64,000 nt of DNA, from contig OZ024741.1 of the NCBI GenBank assembly GCA_964016885.1, positions 346,208,001-346,272,000 on the forward strand, given 5' to 3'. Source of the DNA: Eledone cirrhosa. Its lineage: Eukaryota. Positions within the stretch are counted from its first letter, which is position 1; every line of letters begins with the position of its first letter. A model generated the notes under the pieces. That model was not told the DNA's origin, ran no database searches, and saw only the letters and a program-made list of their open reading frames with translations. The position numbers and the translations under genes are program-made. Positions 15,081 through 27,830 of this stretch are shown here, piece by piece.

Positions 15081-16505
15081 TGGTACAGTCTAGATAAGCC
15101 TACGTTGTTATTGTGGATAGTATCAGTAAAACATGTGCTTTTGTTTTTATACATATTCCATTTCGTGTTCTACACTGTTAGAATGTTTGTATATTCAACC
15201 ATGATATTTTATCCATTTTTTAGAATTCATAGAAAATTTACAGGCGAAAATTTCTCTAGAATGGATTAAATAAAATATTCTTTATATTCATTCATAATCG
15301 TTGCATTAACTCTTAGTACAACGGCCGCTACATCAATTTCAAATTTCGATCCTTCATTAGCGAGGATTATAATATTATTCTATTCACTAAATTTAAGAAG
15401 CATTCTTAACTTCATTTGATTCTTATTTGACATTCTGTCTATTTTTACATAATGCAACTCATATTTTTTCTCGCTATTAATGGAAAAGTTTTTTGTTACA
15501 ATACAAAATGAAATTTGCACATTTATTAATGTTAATGTAAACACACACATATTTAGTATTGTGGGGAATTGGAAGTGTTATTAAACATAAAAAGATATGC
15601 ATTGCAATGGTTCGTTTAACGAAGAGTGCTGTATTAGAAGAAATGGTAGCGACTCGGATAAAATTGCAAAGTCCTATTTGTTATCGCTGTTTACATTAAC
15701 ATCACACAAAATCAACTTAAACATTCATCACTCCGGGGATGATAACACACTGCGGATGTGTTAATATACATCGCACTTCACCAAATGTTCTGGCCTCGTC
15801 CATAATTTAGAAATACTTAGAAATCAATATGTTTTTCGGTGCTTTGCTTTCTGAGTTCAATTAACATCAAAGTCAAATTTGCCTCTCAACCTTTCGGTAG
15901 ATTGCAGAAAGCATCTCGTCAGCCTTTGTTCCATTGCTGGATAGCTTTAATGGACTGGTTTCTCTGTTTCTAGCATGCGCGTGAGGTGTGAGGAGACGTT
16001 TCCACCCACTGAATTAGCAACGTCGAAGGCATAGAAATGGGTCTTGTGTACTGATGTTGCCTTGTTGAATCATCAGTGAATATATGTAAAAAGTACTCAT
16101 ACACGCATAAACACTGGCGAACACATAGACGCTCACACACATACACAATCACATACGCGAATACATATATAATATTAATCAAAGGTTGATTAGTCACTAA
16201 TACCATGGTAAGGAGATCTATATATAAGTGAAGTTAGATGAAAGAGTTTTTCCGTCTATCTTTTTTTTATGGTCCCGTGATCAGAGGTTTTTCTCATTTA
16301 AGTTTAATATATATATATATTTCGTTTCTGAATTTGTTTAGCAAGATTCTTTATCTGAAAACGTGTGTTGAAACCGATATAGTTATACTTTGGGAGGGTC
16401 ATGTTGCCAATAAGAAACACACGCACCAGTTGCTTTCACTTCAAATTTAGGAATTTATAAATTTCTGGTTGGTTGGTTCCACAACCAGATGGTTGTTTAT
16501 ATATT

Positions 16506-16548
16506 GTCAAAGTTCTTTCGTCACACATTCTGTCACATCTTCAGTGAC
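16506..16548 (-). ncRNA. Hammerhead ribozyme motif in PLE pLTR
   Basis: Reverse complement: gtca CTGAAGA tgtgac agaatgt gtgac GAAA gaac TT tgac. Confidence 0.6.
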
Positions 16549-16749
16549 TGGGGATTCTTTTCTTTGTTTTTGTGCCTCTCCTTTGTTCTGTCCTACGCCA
16601 TCTTGTTTTTGTGTGTGTGTTGTGTGCTTAGTTTGCGCATGTGTTACATCCATGTGTCTGTGTGTGTTTATATTTGTTTATTTATTTATTTATTTACATG
16701 TTACTGGTTGGTTGTTTGTTCTATGAGCGTGTGTGTTTTCATTTTATCC

Positions 16750-17820
16750 TTAATTGTAAGTTATGATGTTGCTGTTCCACTCATGTTTTCTATTTAATTT
16801 TGGTTGGAGTTCATTTATGTTTATTGCCTCTGTGATTTGTCTAAACATTGCGTCTTTTCTGTGTGTAGATTCTATTTTTATTTCTATGTTCTGTAATTTA
16901 CCCTTATGTTCTATTTTAGCATGTTGGTAGAGTACAGATGATTCTTTACTATCTTGAAGGTCTCGCCAGTGTTCATGTATCAGTTCCCCTATACTACGAG
17001 CTGTCTCACCTATGTACACTATATTTTTATCTCTACATTGTCCTTCAGTACATCTTATGCTATATACTACATTTCTAGTTTTACAGTTAATATGGGGGCT
17101 TAATTTACAGATTATACATTTCTTATCTATACAGGGAGGTCTTTGAAAAGGGTATGTATTGCTAATAAGTGTTTTTATGGAGGTACCTGGTCTTTCTACT
17201 ATCTTAATATTGAGTTTATGTTTATCTAGGGCCCTTCTAAATTTGTAAGCTAATTCACCTCTAGGGGTTGTATCGATGAACATTACACTGTGGTATTTAT
17301 TGCTATCATACCATGAGTTTATTCTATTAGCCTTATTCCTAGTTCTTTCTATTCTATTCCAAAATTTGCTCCTATACAAGGGGCAGGTCCCATTAGTGTC
17401 GTTATTTACCATGTTTTCCCATTTGGTTCTGGCTCCTCTATATACTCTGATTTTATCTCTCTGATTGTAACCAGAGAACTGCATACGGTGGATGAAGTGT
17501 TGTATGTGTCTCTCTAGTTCTTCAGGGTTGCACATGCGGGACGCGTTTTTCATCACCCGTACCAAGTCCGCAATCAGTATGTTGATTTTGGTATAGTCCG
17601 AAACAGCTGAATTTCGGTAGATCAGGTATTTGGAAGTCATGGGTTTGGCATAATGGGAATGGAGGATTTGATTTTTGTTATTGACGGTATCTAACCAGAG
17701 CTCTGTGTCTAGTACATGTAATCGATGGTTGGCGTGTTTGCTTGGGTAGTCTATAGTAACTCTAATACTCTGGTAAATGGAGTTAGATATTTGCTGGATG
17801 CTTTCCATTGTGTTAGATAC
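16750..17820 (-). CDS. PLE RT C-terminus plus GIY-YIG endonuclease (open but 5'-truncated)
   Basis: Uninterrupted ~355-aa ORF containing CxxxxCxxC..C, NVVY..C, YIGETARS and EAINI..P.LNRKHEW. Confidence 0.85.
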   Translation of the reverse strand, partial: VSNTMESIQQISNSIYQSIRVTIDYPSKHANHRLHVLDTELWLDTVNNKNQILHSHYAKPMTSKYLIYRNSAVSDYTKINILIADLVRVMKNASRMCNPEELERHIQHFIHRMQFSGYNQRDKIRVYRGARTKWENMVNNDTNGTCPLYRSKFWNRIERTRNKANRINSWYDSNKYHSVMFIDTTPRGELAYKFRRALDKHKLNIKIVERPGTSIKTLISNTYPFQRPPCIDKKCIICKLSPHINCKTRNVVYSIRCTEGQCRDKNIVYIGETARSIGELIHEHWRDLQDSKESSVLYQHAKIEHKGKLQNIEIKIESTHRKDAMFRQITEAININELQPKLNRKHEWNSNIITYN

Positions 17821-19151
17821 CATCAATAACAAAAATAAAATATTCCGTTCCCATTATGCCAAACCCATGACTTCCAAATACCTGATCCACCGAAACTCAG
17901 CTGTTTAGGACCATACCAAAATCAACATACTGATTGCGGATTTGGTACGGGTGATGAAAAACGTGTCCCGCTTGTGCAACCCCGAAGAACTAGAGAGACA
18001 CATACAACACTTCATCCACCGTATGCAGTTCTCTAGTTACTATCAGAGAGATAAAATCAGAGTATATAGAGGAGCCAGAACCAAATGGGAAAACATGGTA
18101 AATAACGACACTAATGGGACCTGCCCCTTGTATAGGAGCAAATTTTGGAATAGAATAGAAAGAACTAGGAATAAGGCTAATAGAATAAACTTTATGGTAT
18201 GATAGCAATAAATATCACAGTGTAATGTTCATCGATACAACACCTAGAGGTGAATTAGCTTACACATTTAGAAGGGCCCTAGATAAACATAAACTCAATA
18301 TTAAGATAGTAGAAAGACCAGGTACCTCCATAAAAACACTTATTAGCAATACATACCCTTTTCAAAGACCTCCCTGTATAGATAAGAAATGTATAATCTG
18401 TAAATTAAGCCCCCATATTAACTGTAAAACTAGAAATGTAGTATATAGCATAAGATGTACTGAAGGACAATGTAGAGATAAAAATATAGTGTACATAGGT
18501 GAGACAGCTCGTAGTATAGGGGAACTGATACATGAACACTGGCGAGACCTTCAAGATAGTAAAGAATCATCTGTACTCTACCAACATGCTAAAATAGAAC
18601 ATAAGGGTAAATTACAGAACATAGAAATAAAAATAGAATCTACACACAGAAAAGACGCAATGTTTAGACAAATCACAGAGGCAATAAACATAAATGAACT
18701 CCAACCAAAATTAAATAGAAAACATGAGTGGAACAGCAACATCACAACTTACAATTAAGGATAAAATGAAAACACACACGCACATAGAACAAACAACCAA
18801 CCAGTAACATGTAAATAAAGAAATAAATAAACGAATATAAACACACACAGACATCCGGATGTAATACATGCTCAAACTAAGCACACAACACACACACAAA
18901 AACAAGATGGCGTAGGACAGAACAAAGGAGAGGCACAAAAACAAAGAAAAAAATCCCCAGTCACTGAAGAGGTCACAGAATGTGTGATGAAAGAACTTTG
19001 ACAATATATAAACAACCATCTGGTTGTGGAACCAACCAACCAACCAACCAGAAATTTATAAATTCCTAAATTTATAAATTTATTATAATAAATTGAAGTG
19101 AAAGCAACTGGTGCGTGTGTTTCTTATTGGCAACATGACCCTCCCAAAGTA
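17812..19151 (+). mobile_element. Penelope-like element, right arm of the fold-back pair (stop and frameshift present)
   Basis: Near-identical inverted copy of 16386-17695, with ORF pieces 17942-18202 and 18225-18758. Confidence 0.92.
18960..19002 (+). ncRNA. Hammerhead ribozyme motif in PLE pLTR
   Basis: gtca CTGAAGA g gtcac agaatgt gtgat GAAA gaac TT tgac. Confidence 0.65.
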
Positions 19152-19227
19152 AAACATTATATATATATATATAATTCAAGAAAGAAGAGTGACATGGTTC
19201 GTTATACAATAAGGGCTTTATTCACAT

Positions 19228-19340
19228 TGCTGACAATTGTTTCTTTCATCTGGTAGGTCTAGAGTTCGCTATCCGCCTGATTATGCGCCAATCAACTCCA
19301 ATACTTTGTTTATAACCAATACTTTGTTTTCAGCAGAGCA
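19228..19340 (-). ncRNA. Decayed hammerhead motif with long stem II (solo pLTR remnant)
   Basis: Reverse complement: tgct CTGCTGA ...~85 nt... GAAA caattg TC agca. One core mismatch. Confidence 0.5.
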
Positions 19341-19377
19341 CGCAAAAGTGGATTGCCTATAACGATAACCTGTTTTC

Positions 19378-19430
<53 letters not shown>

Positions 19431-19444
19431 CAACAGTGATATAA

Positions 19445-19494
19445 ACAGGTACTCAAGTTTCGTTGGGTTCTGGGCCCAAAATTCTTCAGCCTGT
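19445..19494 (-). ncRNA. Type I hammerhead ribozyme (solo pLTR-like remnant)
   Basis: Reverse complement: acagg CTGAAGA att ttggg cccagaa cccaa c GAAA cttgag TA cctgt. Confidence 0.7.
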
Positions 19495-20379
19495 ACCGGT
19501 TTATCTCACTTTTGTAAATATTTATACTAAATTCATCCTATGGACTGAGTACTCTTACTCTTATATACTTCCACTTAACTTTTACTTCAGTATATATGTA
19601 TATGACACTTATCTAAAATTGATCTTAAAAAAGTGACATAAATACTATAGTTTATTTATAGAAAACAAAGATAAATATTCTGTTATTCTTTTCATGTATA
19701 GACAATCACATTTGTCACATAACGGGTTGTTCATCATTCGGTTAGTGCTTTCTCTGTCCATAAACCAAGTGAAGTAATAACGAAACTCTATCCATATCAA
19801 ACATAACCAAGAACTTAACTTAAATAGGCAGTCTAATTGCCATAATGTGTATTCAACAGTGAATTAATTAAATTAATTGCATAATGAATATTTACGCGTA
19901 GCACAGCGTATGTTAAAAACATCTAAGATACCTTTCATGTTATACGTTTTTGTATTTCTTCTATACTCTTTATCCATTAAGTTCTATTTGAATTTTAATT
20001 ATTCAAAAGAAGTCAGTGATGTGCTAGTGATGTTGGTTAGAGTACTGTTTGGGTTGTGGTACTGGTGTTGGCTGTTCAATTCTTTGTTTTATAATGTAAA
20101 TGAGAGTCTAAGCGGAGGAAAATACGATAAAGATTACTAAAAAAAGTCGTTACCTCAATGATACAGGCCCATACTTAGTGGAGGAATACTGCTGCCTGAT
20201 TGTACCAGTTGACATAATGGAGAAATCTTACTCCTGGAGAATGGTGAAGGAAACGCATTGATGGATCCATTCCAACTCGGGGATAGTGAGTATTGAGGAT
20301 GTCCAGCGACCAACAATGCTAGACATCTCCAGATAATAAACCTGGTACTACCGCAAGGGTCGGACGCCATGCTTTGTAG

Positions 20380-20505
20380 CATAGAGTTACGCTTCTTTAT
20401 GGTCTGATTTCAAATGCGGCCAAGGTTAACTTTGCCTTACAGGGTCGATAAAATAAAGTACCAGTAATACACTGGGATAATTGCTGGCCTTGTTGTCGTT
20501 TCAGA
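20380..20505 (+). repeat. SINE fragment
   Basis: aggttaactttgcctt..gggtcgataaaataaagtaccagtaatacactggg..gctggccttgt. Confidence 0.65.
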
Positions 20506-20652
20506 AAGGGTCGCTGCTTGTTGTGTTCCAGATAAGCAACGTTGTTTAAAATCATCTGCTCTGACGTATTAAATTCTTTATAAATTCGGACCAGATCTAC
20601 AATCTTGTTATGAAATTGTCGATCTATCGATTCGTCATTCCGTCTTCTTTGT

Positions 20653-20684
<32 letters not shown>

Positions 20685-21152
20685 AGAACATGAATAGTAA
20701 ATAGAAATATTGTAGATGATGCAAGTGGTGGTAAGAATGGTGATGTAGATTATGATCAATCTGATGTCAATCATAATTATACTGATGATGAAATGGAAGC
20801 TTTTCTCCTTGTTGGTGGTTTGACGATGGTTCTGGTTCTGGTTATGAAGCTAAAGATATTACATTGAAGACCATATATTAGAAGTAACATAGTAATGGAT
20901 TTCCATGTTCTTCAATAATTGCTTTTTCTGACTTGATCATAAGTAACGAAATTCAATTATACCCCCTTCACTTACTCTGTAAAAATGAGAACAAATGTAT
21001 GATTTACGTTGCCGGTGTGTAGCGTTCGTGTTCAACTTTTTTCTCAGATTCCCTAGATATAAGAACATAATTGTAAGTGCGCAGCATATTGACCACACGG
21101 AACGTAAGTGCATGTAATTGCACATAGACATTTGTGTACACATATTAACACG

Positions 21153-21301
<149 letters not shown>

Positions 21302-21304
21302 TAT

Positions 21305-21450
21305 GGAGGCACGTGGCCTAGTGGCAAGGGTTTTGGAATTATGATCATAATGTCGTGGGTTCGAATCCTGGGTTGTGTTCTTGAGCAAAACATTTCATTT
21401 CACGTTGCTTCAGTATACTCAGCTGAAAATGATTACCAGCAATGGGTTAA
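21305..21450 (+). repeat. tRNA-derived SINE
   Basis: A box TGGCCTAGTGG and B box GGTTCGAATCC, followed by a non-tRNA body (gtgttcttgagcaaaacattt..ctcagctg). No acceptor stem. Confidence 0.75.
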
Positions 21451-21769
21451 ACTGGTGCAATTTCCAAGGGGGAGTATTGTACACTCAGTCACTTCACGCC
21501 ATGAAACCTGGCTTAATACAGACTTTAGACTTTAGATATATAATATTCCAAGTGAAAACATTGTTTGATCATTTAATAAAATAACTGTAATGTAAACAGA
21601 CGTGAGTATCTAAAGGTACTCCATGACGTGATTATCTTAAGATATTACCCAAAGGTATCGGTTGAATAGCTGCCCCAGCTGGACTGTAAATATAGAATAA
21701 CAATAAGACACTATATATCTACATTTACCGGCCTACATTCATTCCCTTCTAAATCGAAGCGGCTGAATT

Positions 21770-22084
21770 TACATATATGTATGTAAATTTTGTATATCTA
21801 ATAATATATGTTATGTTTACGAATAACCATTTGAAAGCCTTTAGGTAATGATCTTAAAAATGGTGCCAGGGTGCCAACAGAAGCAGCGGAAATTACCAAC
21901 ACCTTTTTCTGGCTGATATGGCCGTTTTCAAGGCAATGCACCCTCTATCTTACTTCCTGCTGGAAATCAAAATAGGCGCAATGACGGCCACCACTTTTGA
22001 AATTCATAGCTAAAGGCTTCCAAATATTTATTCGTAAACATATCGTATATTATCTAATATACAAAATGTACATACATATATGTA
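21770..22084. mobile_element. MITE / foldback element with ~95-bp imperfect terminal inverted repeats
   Basis: tacatatatgtatgtaaattttgtata..gtttacgaataa..gaaagccttt is mirrored by aaaggcttcc..ttattcgtaaac..atacaaaatgtacatacatatatgta. TA ends. Confidence 0.7.
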
Positions 22085-22324
22085 TAGAGTTGTCGACGAG
22101 CCCCTGTTCATGAAAAGAAAATCTATTTCGAGGAAATTGAAGTTGGATTTTTCTGAATTTGAAATTTTATTAGGAACTTTCAATGTTTAGTTTATGTTTT
22201 GCTGTCTGAAGAGCTCAAGCTATCGAAACTGATAGTCCTCGGTGAATTATGTATAACGGAGTTTCAAATAAACTGCAATTAACTGAATATGGCATCCGAT
22301 CTTTTATTAATATTTATATATATA

Positions 22325-22772
22325 TAAGTATGTATGTATACGTACATACATATATGTATACAGATGTACAGTAGTATGTATATATATACATACATGCACA
22401 CATATATATACATGCACGTATCGGTTTACCGAACATTTATTATAATGCTCGGTTTGTTTGTTTGTAAACAAACAAACAGCCCGAATTACGCCGTACAGTG
22501 TTTAGGCAACCACGTCACCTTTTTGTTCAACACTGACACAGGAACGATGTACTAGTTTCAAGCTTATTAGCTATCCTCAGCATCGTATACCTTCCTGACA
22601 GATGGTTGAACGTCTGAAAGTATATACTTTCCGTGCATATATATATGTGTGCATTTATGTATATATATGCATACTACTGTACGTCTGTATACATATATGT
22701 ATGTACGTATACATACATACTTACATTTAAGTAATGCCGTACTAAGAGTGAGAAATGAAATTTCGTTTCATT
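22325..22772 (-). mobile_element. Short ORF-less hammerhead-containing repeat, copy 2, with inverted terminal duplication
   Basis: Homologous to 2968-3320. The segment 22635-22772 is an inverted copy of the family's 3' tail. Confidence 0.72.
22544..22586 (-). ncRNA. Type I minimal hammerhead ribozyme
   Basis: Reverse complement: acgatg CTGAGGA tagc taataa gctt GAAA ctag TA catcgt, with a perfect 6-bp stem I. Confidence 0.82.
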
Positions 22773-22844
22773 CTATTCCATATATATATGTGTGTGTGTG
22801 TGTGATAACGTGACTCAACGGGTAACGGGTGGTCTATTTATTAA

Positions 22845-23035
22845 TAATTGTTTCTACTTTAGGCACAAGGCCAGCAAATACCCAGTGCATTACTGGTACT
22901 TTATTTTATCGACCCCGTAAGGATGAAATGCAAAGTCAACCTCGGCGGGATTTGAACTCAGATCGTAAAGGGAGGTAACTATGCTGGAAAGCATGGCGCC
23001 CGACCCTCTACCGATACTGCCAATCCACCGCCCTT
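22845..23035 (-). repeat. SINE copy
   Basis: ctggtactttattttatcgacccc..gcaaagtcaacctcggcgggatttgaactcaga. Confidence 0.7.
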
Positions 23036-23775
23036 TCTAGTCATTAATAATACTAATGAAATAGTTAGAATAATATTTGTTGTGTTTTAAATAATATACA
23101 TATTTATACAGGATAATAATATACAGGATTGTGAAAAGCAAGAAAAGAAGCAATATTTCTTCAGAGACTGTTGTAAGATTTTCGCCTAAATATGTAAGAG
23201 ACATAGTACATTATTGTTGATATTAGTCAGGTTCGAATTTCAACTAAACATGAAGAGCCGAAGTAGTTGAACAAATATTCTGTTGTTATTTACAAAAAAT
23301 TCGAAGATTTGATTTCACGTAGCAAATCAAAACCTTTGAAGCGGTGTCGTTGAGATCGGAAGTGCTTTTCCTTAATATAGTCAGTTAAAATTTCGCCCTG
23401 CGCTACAGCGACTTAAATTATAATGATATTACCTAGTGAATTAAGGATCTGTTAAGAAAGGTGTTTACAGAATTAGCATATACATACTATAAATACAGCA
23501 AGTATAGTGTTTCGCAGAAATGTATATACATGCATATACACTCACATACACATATATATATACACATTTATATACATATAAAAATGAGAAAACTCATCCC
23601 TAGGCGTAAAACAGCAAAATGCTATCAGGAATTATTGGGGGAAGAAGTATATATATATATATATAGTAATAATAATAAATTTCAAGACTAAAATCCAAAG
23701 AGGGCTCGATAAGGATAAATATATATCAAATATATAAGAACCGTAGAGCAAATATTTATTAAAATAACAAATTAA

Positions 23776-23826
23776 AGTTTAAGCAAAGAATCGCTGCTTT
23801 CACCCTTAATGGGATCTTCTGAAACT
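23776..23826 (-). ncRNA. Variant hammerhead (CAGAAGA core) in pLTR
   Basis: Reverse complement: agttt CAGAAGA tccc attaa gggt GAAA gca gcgattctt tgc TT aaact. Confidence 0.6.
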
Positions 23827-26246
23827 AACAAAGTCAATCTGTAAACGCAGAGGTGGATATTTCAAAAAACGTTGCAACCGGAGGAAGACAGGAAGACGAT
23901 ACTTTGGTTCGTGGAAACGTTCGCTGGCAAAGAACGGGAAAAAACGAATAAGATACGTCATTAATAGGAGCGGTGAAAAACAATTACGCGCAAAGACAGA
24001 ACCACGTTTATGGTATAAAAGAGGTCGTAGACTAATGTTCTCTTAGGTGGTTCATAGAGACATTCTCTGGCAATGAACGAAAAAAACGAAGATAATACGT
24101 CATATGTGGAGCGTGGAGAACAATAGCACGCAAAGACAAGACCACGTAAATGGTATAGCAGAGGTCGTAGACTAAAATTCTAACTAGGAGACCGAATGAA
24201 TCTCCGCTACAGAGTTAAGAACAAAGTAAATAAATACAATACAGAAGTAATAAAAATAAATAAATACATACATGCAAACAAATACGTACATACACAAGCA
24301 TACGCAAAACACTTACCATAGGTATACAAAACCACGCACATATAAATATGTGTGTGTGTGTATGCGTGTATACAAATAAATAAATAATTATATAAATGTA
24401 TATAAATAAATACGTATATAACAAGCGCACACACATACCTACATGTAAATACACGAATGTTCGGAGACGTAAGTCAACCAAAACATGAAGTACACATATA
24501 CACACACCCTACATACGTACGAACCTGCATACTCACACAGACGCAAAACTCCCGTATACACATAGCCGAACCATAAGTACCAGAATAAAAAAAATAAAAA
24601 GATTTTACGCCATAACATAAACAATCAAATATACGTACGAGAAGGTATACGTACCTTCACGAAACATACGTGTAATATATACTTACCTATGCAAATAAGT
24701 AATGGTATAAACAAAACATATACTTAGCTCCCACATCAAGACATAAAATATCCACGTATAGATCGTACTATCCGTTAGGGTATAACGTGGGGCTGTAATA
24801 CAGGAAAGTTTTGTGCAATTTATGTTTACAAGCCGAAATTGCCTCAGATTTTTTGTTTAAGATGTGGTCTGTGGCGTAGAGTATTTCCAGGGCCTCAGCT
24901 GCGCAGAGGTCACATGGTTTTTATTTCCGTTATACAATCTAGCCGTATCTAGGATCTCCCAGTGTAACTTATATTGGGTGTGGTTGTCTTTTAGACTCCA
25001 GATATAAGCTGAAAGTGACGTCATATTCCTTCTTAGAGGGTAACCAAAAGAATGGGTATGCGTGTAAAGACGCTGCTTGAATCTATTGGCGGTTAACCCT
25101 ATGTAGGCCCTACGGGACGTGGGTGTTACAACCTTACATTTGTAGACAATGTTACTAGAGAGGCATTTCCCGGATAGGGGGCAATCAACCCGATTCCTAA
25201 AATTACACTTAGTACTAACTACAGGCTTGGGTTACACGTGTTCGTACGGCTAGGTAGTTTAGCTAAATTTGAAGCTGTGATGTTATGTGCAAGGTTAGGA
25301 GTCGTAGAGTAAGACATTTTAATAGTATTTCTATTAAACATTTTACTATATTTATGTGTAGGGGGAAAATGCTTCGTAATAAGGGAAAGAAAGATCTTAG
25401 CTAATGGTGTGGCCACCTCCATATTATAAGGTGGGTTATACCAACAAATGCGACGGGATCTATTTTTTCTAGCTCTATTTTCGTACTCTGTATATGCTAC
25501 CTTATCGAAAAATCCACTTCGAGCAAGAGCTTCATTGTAATAAGTGGAATGGTCGTTGAAAATACGCTCGTTGGTGGAAAAACGGGAAAGCTTCAACGAA
25601 ACGTTTCTTACCAGGTTTTTGGTTATGCTGGGAGGTTGGTTGGAATGCTTACTTATGTAATTAAGCGTATCATTCGGCTTTCTATACGGGTATTACAACC
25701 CATTCAATAAATTGAGGGTAACGTCAAGGTAATTAACGACTGAGAGATTGGCCTCAACCTGTATAGAGAGGTTGAAGCCTTTAAAGAAGGCTGTGAGTTC
25801 TTTTCTGAACCTGTCGCAAGCACGAGGTCCGCACTTAGTCATGGTCAAAAGACCATCGTCACGGTACAAACCACCGCCCGCGTTGGGGAATTCGTCCTTG
25901 ATAGAGAAAAGAAGGAAAAGGCCGATAAGATCAGTAACCTCTGCAGAATCACTGGCGCCCATATTCACGTCGAATGGGTATCTTCGTTTTTTTCGTTCAT
26001 TGCCAGAGAACGTCACTATGAACCACCTAAGAGAACATTAGTCTACGACTTCTTTTATATCATAAAGGTGGTTCTGTCTTTGCGCGTAATTGTTTTTCAC
26101 CGCTCCTGTTAATGGCGTATTATATTCGTTTTTTCCCGTTCTTAGCCAGCGAACGTTTCCACGAACCAAAGTATCGTCTTCCTGTCTTCCTCCGGTTGCA
26201 ACGTTTTTTGAAATATCCACCTCTGCGTTTACAGATTGACTTTGTT

Positions 26247-26297
26247 AGTTTCAGAAGATCCCGTTAAGGGAGAAAGCAGCGATTCTTTGCTTAAACT
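26247..26297 (+). ncRNA. Variant hammerhead (CAGAAGA core) in inverted pLTR
   Basis: agttt CAGAAGA tccc gttaa ggga GAAA gca gcgattctt tgc TT aaact. Confidence 0.62.
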
Positions 26298-26325
26298 TTA
26301 ATTTGTTATTTTAATAAATAAATAA

Positions 26326-26428
<103 letters not shown>

Positions 26429-26525
26429 TATACATACACACACACATATATATACACACACACATATATATATATACACACACACGCACACACACATATA
26501 TATATACACACACATATATATATAT

Positions 26526-26556
<31 letters not shown>

Positions 26557-27086
26557 CATATATATGTCTGGGTGTGAGTGTGAGTGTGTGTGTATAAAGA
26601 CGCACAGATACATACTCCCAATATCCTGATACAAACAAGAAGACTATACAGTGAGAATGATATTGACAGAGGCTACCTAAAAGGAAGTCGAGGACGGAAA
26701 GACTGAACATCCATGCAGACACACTGAATGTCGGAATGCATGAATATTGATATAATTTGCTAAACAATATTGGCAAAATAAAATACCTCACCAAGTGATT
26801 AAGTGTTAAAAGGACGACATCTCATGTTTGATAGTAAATTTCCTGATGGTCTCCAATCAAACCTCAGTACTGCTAGATTGTCGTTCCTCAAGACAGGCGA
26901 AGAAGAGAAGCACTATGCATACACAAATATGGTTATTGTAATAAGTATGTACCTACCCGTAAATTATGATGGTGTCATAGTGATACCCGGGCGATATACC
27001 TCGTTTCTGGCGCATTGTTTGGTGGAGATCATCACTCCATGTCTGAACATAGCCGATTTCTTCCAGAGAGAGAGCAAGAGAGAGTG

Positions 27087-27121
<35 letters not shown>

Positions 27122-27479
27122 TTGATTGTGTTTGTGTGTGTGTGTGATAGAGAAAAAGCGAGAAACAGACATGGAATGCTACTTTTTTTTATTGATCTCA
27201 AAATGATGAAATGCAAATTTGACAATGGGGAAATTTGAACTCAGAGAGCAGAGAGATGGAATTAGTACTACAAATTATTCTATCCGACGTTCTAACGACT
27301 CTGCCAATTCTTTGCCGCTATGTATTGTTGTTTTCTTAAAACGTAATAATGATACTAACATTTATATGAAATGCAACCTTTTGTAGACGCATACCCATTA
27401 CATCACGTCAAATTCCGAAGTCTATGATATTGCATTCCCAAAGGAAATTAGCTGTAAAATGATAACTAATGAACAAACG

Positions 27480-27830
27480 AGCCAGTTAAGTACGAAGAAG
27501 CAAACGAACATGTCAATTCTGTCATTTTTCTCTAGAAGTTATCAAGCATATAATCATCAGCTGCCTAGCGATATCATCAATGTGCTACCTCCCATGATGT
27601 TTGCCGAAATCTGTCCTAGAGTAAATATAGAGTTTCCACCTGTTAGTGAACATATACAGACATAACGACAATGACCTTCTGTCAAGTTCAAATATAACCG
27701 GCCTGGTATAGATGTTTCACCCAGAAAAGAAAAATTATACGCTGTCATAACTGTCAGCTGCCCCGCTGTTTTTAATGTTTCATCCAAAAGAGAATAATTA
27801 CGCAAAGCTGTATTTTTAACCTCCAGGTTT
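27480..27830 (-). pseudogene. Possible decayed hAT-like transposase fragment
   Basis: NYSLLDETLKTAGQLTVMTAY resembles the first catalytic-Asp motif (FSxxxDETxDxxxxxQL). Weak. Confidence 0.25.

Larger units (their letters stand above)
16386..17820 (-). mobile_element. Penelope-like element, 5'-truncated (left arm of a fold-back pair)
   Basis: RT C-terminus/thumb (LHVLDTELW, MQFSGY), Cys linker, GIY-YIG (VVYSIRC..YIGETARS..EH), then a pLTR with a hammerhead. Confidence 0.92.
23670..26320 (-). mobile_element. Naiad-type Penelope-like element (family A, copy 1), 5'-truncated, with 3' pLTR and 5' inverted pLTR
   Basis: RT motifs FDVNMGASDSAEVTDLIG..GLYRDDGL and WYNPPYN..KHFP..FNRNTIKMSYS, then GIY-YIG (24780-25200). 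The segment 25979-26320 is an inverted copy of ~23755-24095. Confidence 0.9.

Noticed and set aside
20155-20380. Possible RTE 3' remnant
   Set aside because: Only vague motif resemblance.
21305-21375. tRNA gene
   Set aside because: A and B boxes are present but there is no cloverleaf or acceptor stem, and the sequence continues into a SINE body.
22200-22242. Hammerhead-like CTGAAGA...GAAACTGATAGTC; similar weak hits at ~10907, ~11470(-), 15991-16080(-), ~16358 and ~30054
   Set aside because: Stem I or part of the core fails to pair. At best these are decayed remnants, so they were not called as features.
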